From NCBI GenBank assembly GCA_964035545.1, contig CAXIUT010000013.1, positions 1 to 43,686 of the forward strand: a stretch of 43,686 nucleotides of DNA, read 5' to 3'. The notes under the pieces are model-generated. The model was not told where the DNA came from and did no database searches. It was given only the letters and a program-made list of their open reading frames with translations. The stretch is from Bugula neritina. Taxonomy: Eukaryota > Animalia > Bryozoa. Within the stretch, counting starts at the first letter, position 1. The number at the start of each line of letters is the position of its first letter. Positions 38,210-43,686 of the stretch are shown here, in pieces. Both the position numbers and the translations under genes were made by a program.

Positions 38210-39011
38210 ATGAAAAACTATCCACATCTGTATCCCACTCCTTTCTCTAAACTAAAGCAAAACATTAACAACAATAAAACTATCACAACCAAACAGTCTA
38301 GAAAAACCCTTGCACCCTATAATCATAAAAATAGTGCATAAAAATATCAACACATAAGACATTTAACACGTTCTATTGAAAGACATTCATAGAATGATTC
38401 GTAGATGTCATATAAGAAATAGGTATCTGATGAATAGCTGTTTTCTCAAAGTTTTTCAAAGATAGGGAAAATCAGATAAAACATTCCTCATAGAAATATC
38501 GAGTATATTATCATCAATATATAGTTCATAACTCAACTAAGTACTTAGCCTCATAAGATAATAAAAAGCAAATATCAGCTAAAAAATGAAAATACTAAAG
38601 AGGTCAAATTAACAATATCGACAACTTTGTTCCAATTTCATCAAAAATAAAATATAAACTGCCAGTAATACTGAATAAATCATCTCCTCCTCATAGGAAA
38701 CTTTGGTAAAAGATATCAGCATCGATTGTAATCTTGAAAAGGAGGAATCAGAAATAAAAATAGAATAGGATCATACGGTTTAGACTAGTTAGAAGGAATA
38801 GGAGGAGAATATGGTGGTGGGGTCATAAACTTATAGGCATTTATGTAAGATGTTGGAAGAAATGAATATTAATTCTAAAGAGATTCTTCCTTGTGTGAAA
38901 GATGTGCCTCAAGAAATACTTATTTAAGATTATAACAAACTTACAGAAAAACAAATTATAATCATACAAAAGTTTTTTATCAAAAAACTTATCAGCAAAA
39001 TACAAAAATGA
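38210..39011 (+). CDS. Hypothetical protein
   Basis: MKNYPHLYPTPFSKLKQ... ending ...KQIIIIQKFFIKKLISKIQK*. Span is not a clean multiple of 3, so an indel or intron is likely. Confidence 0.55.
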
Positions 39012-39061
39012 ACTTTATAATCACTATTATCATCTTTTTACCTATCATTTATAGTCTATTT

Positions 39062-39148
39062 AAGATAATAAGATATATTAGTATAAAGATAATAAAAAGA
39101 TATATTAGTATAAAGATAATAATAAGATTTATTTAGTATAAAGATAAC
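39062..39148. repeat. Short intergenic tandem repeat (AAGATAATAAGATATATTAGTATA-like, about 3.5 copies)
   Basis: Visible directly between convergent stop codons. Confidence 0.75.
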
Positions 39149-39166
39149 ATAAAAGGTAGTAAAGAA

Positions 39167-40696
39167 TCACTGTTAGCAAAGATCTCCCATCGCCAACATG
39201 TACTATTTCCCAAAACTGATAAAACTCAAAACCATATTAATAACCATACAAATGGCACTAGTACAAGTTAAAATAGCCACAATCGCAACTACTACCTTAT
39301 TAACTTTCTCCTTCTCCATCTTCTTCACAAAATAAGACACAATATGAGAAAATATCCCTCCTAATACAAAGGTCAGCCCAAAGAAAAAACCTATCACCTC
39401 CAACGATATTTTTCCATTGCTATATGACTGCAAAAGAGATGCAGATGCTGCAAATATGACTTGAAATCCTACTATCGCACTGGCAACCATAGGTTCTACT
39501 CCCAGATAAACCAAAGTAAATATAATAGTGGTACTATTTCCTTTAGAAAAAAGACCTGAATTGATTCCACCGAAAAAAGCTCCCAAACTTATCACTCCAA
39601 AATATTTAGCCGTATCCAAAGGATACTCATAATTATACCCGATTCTTCTATAGTATTCCATCCGATTATTGAGGTACTTTTTCAAACCAACCAAGACAAC
39701 AACATAGAACACAACCAATCCAGCCAAACCAATGCCGTATTCATTGGTACAGGCATTAAAAGGAGTCAACTTTCCCTGAGCCAGGAAAGCAACAACCTAG
39801 AATATTATAAATACTATGAAGACTGATATTATGTGAGGCAGGTGTAAGCCAGATTAGTACTATATTTTTTATTACAGCTACTGTTTGTAGGTGTTAGTTT
39901 AAGATGATGAAGATTAGATTGCTTTATTGGCTGATGATGTTTTGCCATCTGAAGAACTTGTATTCCCTGAATGGTGTTTCTGCTACTCAGGCTGTACTTA
40001 TTATAATATTTATTGTTTTGAATATTGATCTAACTTTTGCTATTCTTTCTTTTTTGCTTATTGTTTATCCTTTTAAACTTTTTAATTAGTTTATAAGATT
40101 ATTTATAAAGCTACTGACGGTTACTCTCTTTTTATCTAGTCCCCATTGATGTGAATTTACGACTATATCTCTTTCTTTTTGTTTTTCTACTCTTATTGAC
40201 TAGAATTGATCAAATTTTTCAATTTAATAAAAAATTTGATACTGAAGCCAGCCAGCAACAAAGTGATTAGTACGTTAGCAACTACTGGAGGAACCAGATC
40301 ATTAAGAATAGTTCCTATTACAGATCCAAATAGAACATTAGGTATTATCAGCATCACAATATTATAATCAACAAGTGAAGTATTTTTAGATGGATGTCTT
40401 CTGAACATCAATAACAAAAAATTGTAAAGAGCTGTGCCTGCAACCAAAGGATAAGTCAATATTGTTGCATCTGACTAAGAATAGTTTAAGCCTAACATCA
40501 TTAATAATACCTTAAATTCACCAAAAGAATTGCCAGATGTATTGCATAATGCACTAGCGAAAGGCATCAACGCATATATACCTATGGGATAGCCAGAAGG
40601 AGGTAGCACCTAGTTGTGAAGACATTCATTTGAAGCAAGGTCGCAGTAGTATTGGTATGGACAGGTATTGTCTGTCCCACACTCGATGCTTGGCAT
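39167..40696 (-). CDS. TauE/SafE (TSUP) family multi-pass membrane protein
   Basis: RRHPSKNTSLVDYNIVMLIIPNVLFGSVIGTILN and LVYLGVEPMVASA, two transmembrane bundles separated by a charged loop, 510 codons. Confidence 0.8.
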
Positions 40697-41004
40697 TTAT
40701 TTAGATTATAATGTGTAAAGTCTTTTAAGGATAAATAGTAAAGTTGTTAAAAAGGTTCTGGTTGTCTTGTAATTGATTTGACTAGCTAATTGAGTACATA
40801 TTTATCTGAAATAAATAATGAAATTTGATATCGAGAATGATCTAGAATATTTGTTGTCCTACTATTATACTATTAAAAGATATGATAAAGTTCAGTTAAA
40901 GATAAATAACAACTTTAGCATACTTTGGGTGTTATATTGAAAGATAAAAGACTTTTATTTGTTTGAATATTTGAGACTAAATAACATTAAAATGGTTTAA
41001 AAAA

Positions 41005-42675
41005 TCAACCTCGATTTTAGGCTACAACTTCCACCAAATCAGCCTTCTAAGAAGGATATTTCTAAGTTATTAATTCTGAAAAACTACTTTGGTTAGTTGT
41101 AAAAGATCCTCGATTATCAGTACACATCATTCTACAATTTCTCAATGAAACTTTTCCCTCTCGACTCATTCTCCTCTTACTTCTCCGAGACTCATTAGCA
41201 GGAGCTCTCATTTTCTAAAAAGTAGTTCTATTAGTCAACAAATTTCTTATTTGCACCACACACAGCAAGAAAACAGGAGCCACAAACACAGCAGTCAACT
41301 AATTAACTAAAAAGCATCCCAATAAACAATATTTTTGAAGATCATTTTAAGTCTCAGGCTAAAACCTGAACCTAAAATAAGATTAAAACTTAAATATATC
41401 ATCATAGAAGAGAGCAATAGAAGCCATAACTGCTACAATGCCAATAAAAGCTAAACAGACAACCAACATAGCGATAAAAATAATAAATCTAGCAATATTC
41501 CTCTTCCCAACACAATTATTAATCCAAGTGCAATGATGATCATACTGCTAAATACACAATCCACAAGTATCACAGTGATATCCTCGCTTAGGCACACGAT
41601 TCCGACAGATAAAACAAACCTTCTTGATGGTTCTCTAGTTATATTACTACAACATCGATTACATACTTCTAGAATCGTTGCTAGGACGAGAAAATAGAAG
41701 AGATAAATAGAAACAGAACATTATTATCATGAATATGGCTTCAGTATAGAGAACCAAGTTGCTAGTAAAATCAATAAAGATGTTTATTATTGCCAAATTA
41801 AGAATAAAACTCACAATAAAGAGAATTGGGACTGTATATTTAGGCTTTTTTGGCTTGTATTCGATCTTTATGTTACAGTAAAATTTAACTATATCTACCA
41901 CTGAAAACTTCTAGTTCAACATCTTACCTATTGTCCTGAAGTCAGCTTCCTAAGCTATCTATATTGGAGTTTTGCCTTATCCATTCTTTATATATCTGTT
42001 TGCACCTTTTATCAATAATTTTCTTACTACTCTTGTATTGCCATAAATAACGGCTAAAGCAAGAGGAGTGTTGCCTTCAGTATCTTTTAAATTGACCAAA
42101 TGTGGAAGTTCAGTTTCAGCTAAAATGTATGAAACAACTTCTTCACTATTAGTGTAGGCAGCCCAGTGCAAAGCAGTGCTTTTGAGTTAATCTAAAGCAT
42201 ACAAATCTATCTTCTTTTTGAAGTAGAGAAAAGGCATAAGTAAATTTTTTTGAGCAGCCAAGTGAAGAGGACCAAGACCTGTTTTCGTTCTGATGGTGTA
42301 ATCCGCATTCTGCTCTTCCACAAAATACTTAACAATATCCAAATTTCCACTATATGTGGCATAAAGAAGAGGAGTGAATCCCTCATGATTCCTCTGATTG
42401 ATCCAACTTCTAAACTACTGCTGATCATTATCTATACTTTTAAACTACAAGGCCTGATCTTTTCTCTTCAACTGCAACAAAGTCTTACGCACAAACACCT
42501 TGATCAGCTCACAATGTCCCTCGTATGCCAGTTGATGAAGTAGATTATTTCCTTGTGAGTCGATGAGAGTCGAGAGAGACAGATCGGGATGGTTTTAAAG
42601 GTACTCTTCTAGCTAGTCAACTTTTCTATATGTGAAGAGAACGTCAATGATTTCGCTGTTTTTTTTAATTGACAT
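41005..42675 (-). CDS. Ankyrin-repeat DHHC palmitoyltransferase (Akr1/HIP14-like)
   Basis: Ankyrin repeats (GNNLLHQLA, GPLHLAAQ, TALHWAAY, GNTPLALAV), transmembrane helices, CRNRVPKRGYHCDTCGLCIEQYDHHCTWINNCVGKRN and a TTF[TAG] (TTxE) motif. Confidence 0.93.
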
Positions 42676-42785
42676 ATATTGTTTATTTAAAGTTACAAGT
42701 CTGACAATATAAATTCCCACCTAACTCATACTTTTAATCTAATATTAGTTAAATATAAAAGAAATAATAATTAAATTGATAAAGA

Positions 42786-43599
42786 TCAGTCCTTTTTGGC
42801 TCTTTTCATTTTGGTGATATACTTATCAGTGAGAGTATCTGCAGCATTCATATCATACCTATTTCTAAAGGAGTCTATAAACACCTTAACCACATCTTTC
42901 TTCACAGCCTCGTTTCTAAATATCTTCAACAGAGCCTACTCCTTCAACAACAAATATTTAGTAGGAATCTTGTGAACTATCATCTTGAATTTCTACTTCT
43001 ACATTTTCAAATCTTCATCTGAAGCATCTGATGCCTCCACTGATACCTGGTATGTATTCAATAACTACAAAAGATAGTGGAAAAGTATCTATTGCTCTAA
43101 CTCTGTCTTCTTGAATGCCAAATTAAACACCTTGCATATCTTTAAAATATTTTGATCGTTAGCTTGAGTGATGATGTTCGGCAAAAGATAAATGAATAAA
43201 TTTTAAGGAATCTAGCTTTAGACAAACAGTCCTGAAACCAAAAATAGTTATCTCATTGGTAATTCCAATTTAAACTTATTTTGTAGACTATCAGCTCTAA
43301 GATATATTTCTATCCATTCTTTATTTATTTTCAACTAAAAAAATTTTTGATTCATTTTTTTGATAAACAACAAAATAGCTCTAAATCCTAGTTTTTCATT
43401 ACTATAACCCAGTTCTATCAAATCCTTTAACAAAAGGTTAAAATTTTTACTTTATCGATATTAATCAAGAACCTAGAACTTAAATTCAGTCTGTTCAGCC
43501 ACATTCATATCAGCTGATATCATTTTCTATAATATTTTAGACTATTATCTCACATTACCAATAATAGAACCAACTGGAGTTTTTATTATCTACTACTAT
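42786..43599 (-). CDS. Hypothetical helical protein, apparently 5'-truncated by the right telomere
   Basis: Frame is open from the telomere junction: EEEIIKTPVGSIIGNVREESKILEKMISADM...KYITKMKRAKKD*. One frame break near 43200. Confidence 0.6.
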
Positions 43600-43686
43600 G
43601 GGGTTGGGGTTGGGGTTGGGGTTGGGGTTGGGGTTGGGGTTGGGGTTGGGGTTGGGGTTGGGGTTGGGGTTGGGGTTGGGGTTGGG
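43600..43686 (+). repeat. Right telomere, (TTGGGG)n
   Basis: Perfect G4T2 array running to the window end with the G-rich strand 3'. Confidence 0.95.

Noticed and set aside
1462-42543. Most short ORFs in the supplied six-frame track
   Set aside because: They were computed with TAA/TAG as stops, so they are fragments or antisense/off-frame shadows of longer table-30 genes.
113-43599. Standard ciliate code (UAR=Gln) or a split code (UAA=Lys, UAG=Glu)
   Set aside because: Both TAA and TAG occupy invariant Glu positions in several unrelated conserved proteins.
1-43686. tRNA, rRNA or mobile-element genes
   Set aside because: No cloverleaf or box A/B pattern, rRNA-like segment, transposase or reverse transcriptase motif was recognised by eye.

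Overview
AT-rich, gene-dense eukaryotic DNA that looks like a complete or near-complete ~43.7-kb ciliate macronuclear chromosome. It has a (CCCCAA)n telomere at 1-81 and a (TTGGGG)n tract at 43600-43686. The supplied ORF track is largely misleading because TAA and TAG are sense codons. At invariant glutamates of SF3B5, JMJD7, XPF, Rab and a DHHC enzyme both codons stand in for Glu, and TGA is the only stop (peritrich nuclear code, NCBI table 30). Read this way there are about 25 tightly packed genes with 19-21-nt introns: JMJD7, B9D2, LRRC45-like, ODF3/SHIPPO-repeat, XPF, Rab2-like, MEMO1, a Schlafen/AlbA_2-domain protein, an RluA-family pseudouridine synthase, importin-alpha-like, SF3B5, a giant furin-repeat membrane protein, CFAP57-like, TauE/SafE and an ankyrin-DHHC. 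The most unusual feature is three internal telomere-repeat tracts (14024-14105, 15702-15800, 29905-29968), all in the same orientation. They sit inside reading frames and add 78, 96 and 63 nt, all multiples of 3. For two of them the start and stop codons lie on opposite sides of the tract and in the same frame. The right terminal telomere also cuts into an open frame. These could be real telomerase-templated insertions into genes, or alternative intragenic telomere-addition sites collapsed by assembly. Scattered 1-2-nt frame breaks in homopolymers suggest residual sequencing errors, so some coordinates are approximate. All translations and family calls were made by eye; no database search was run.
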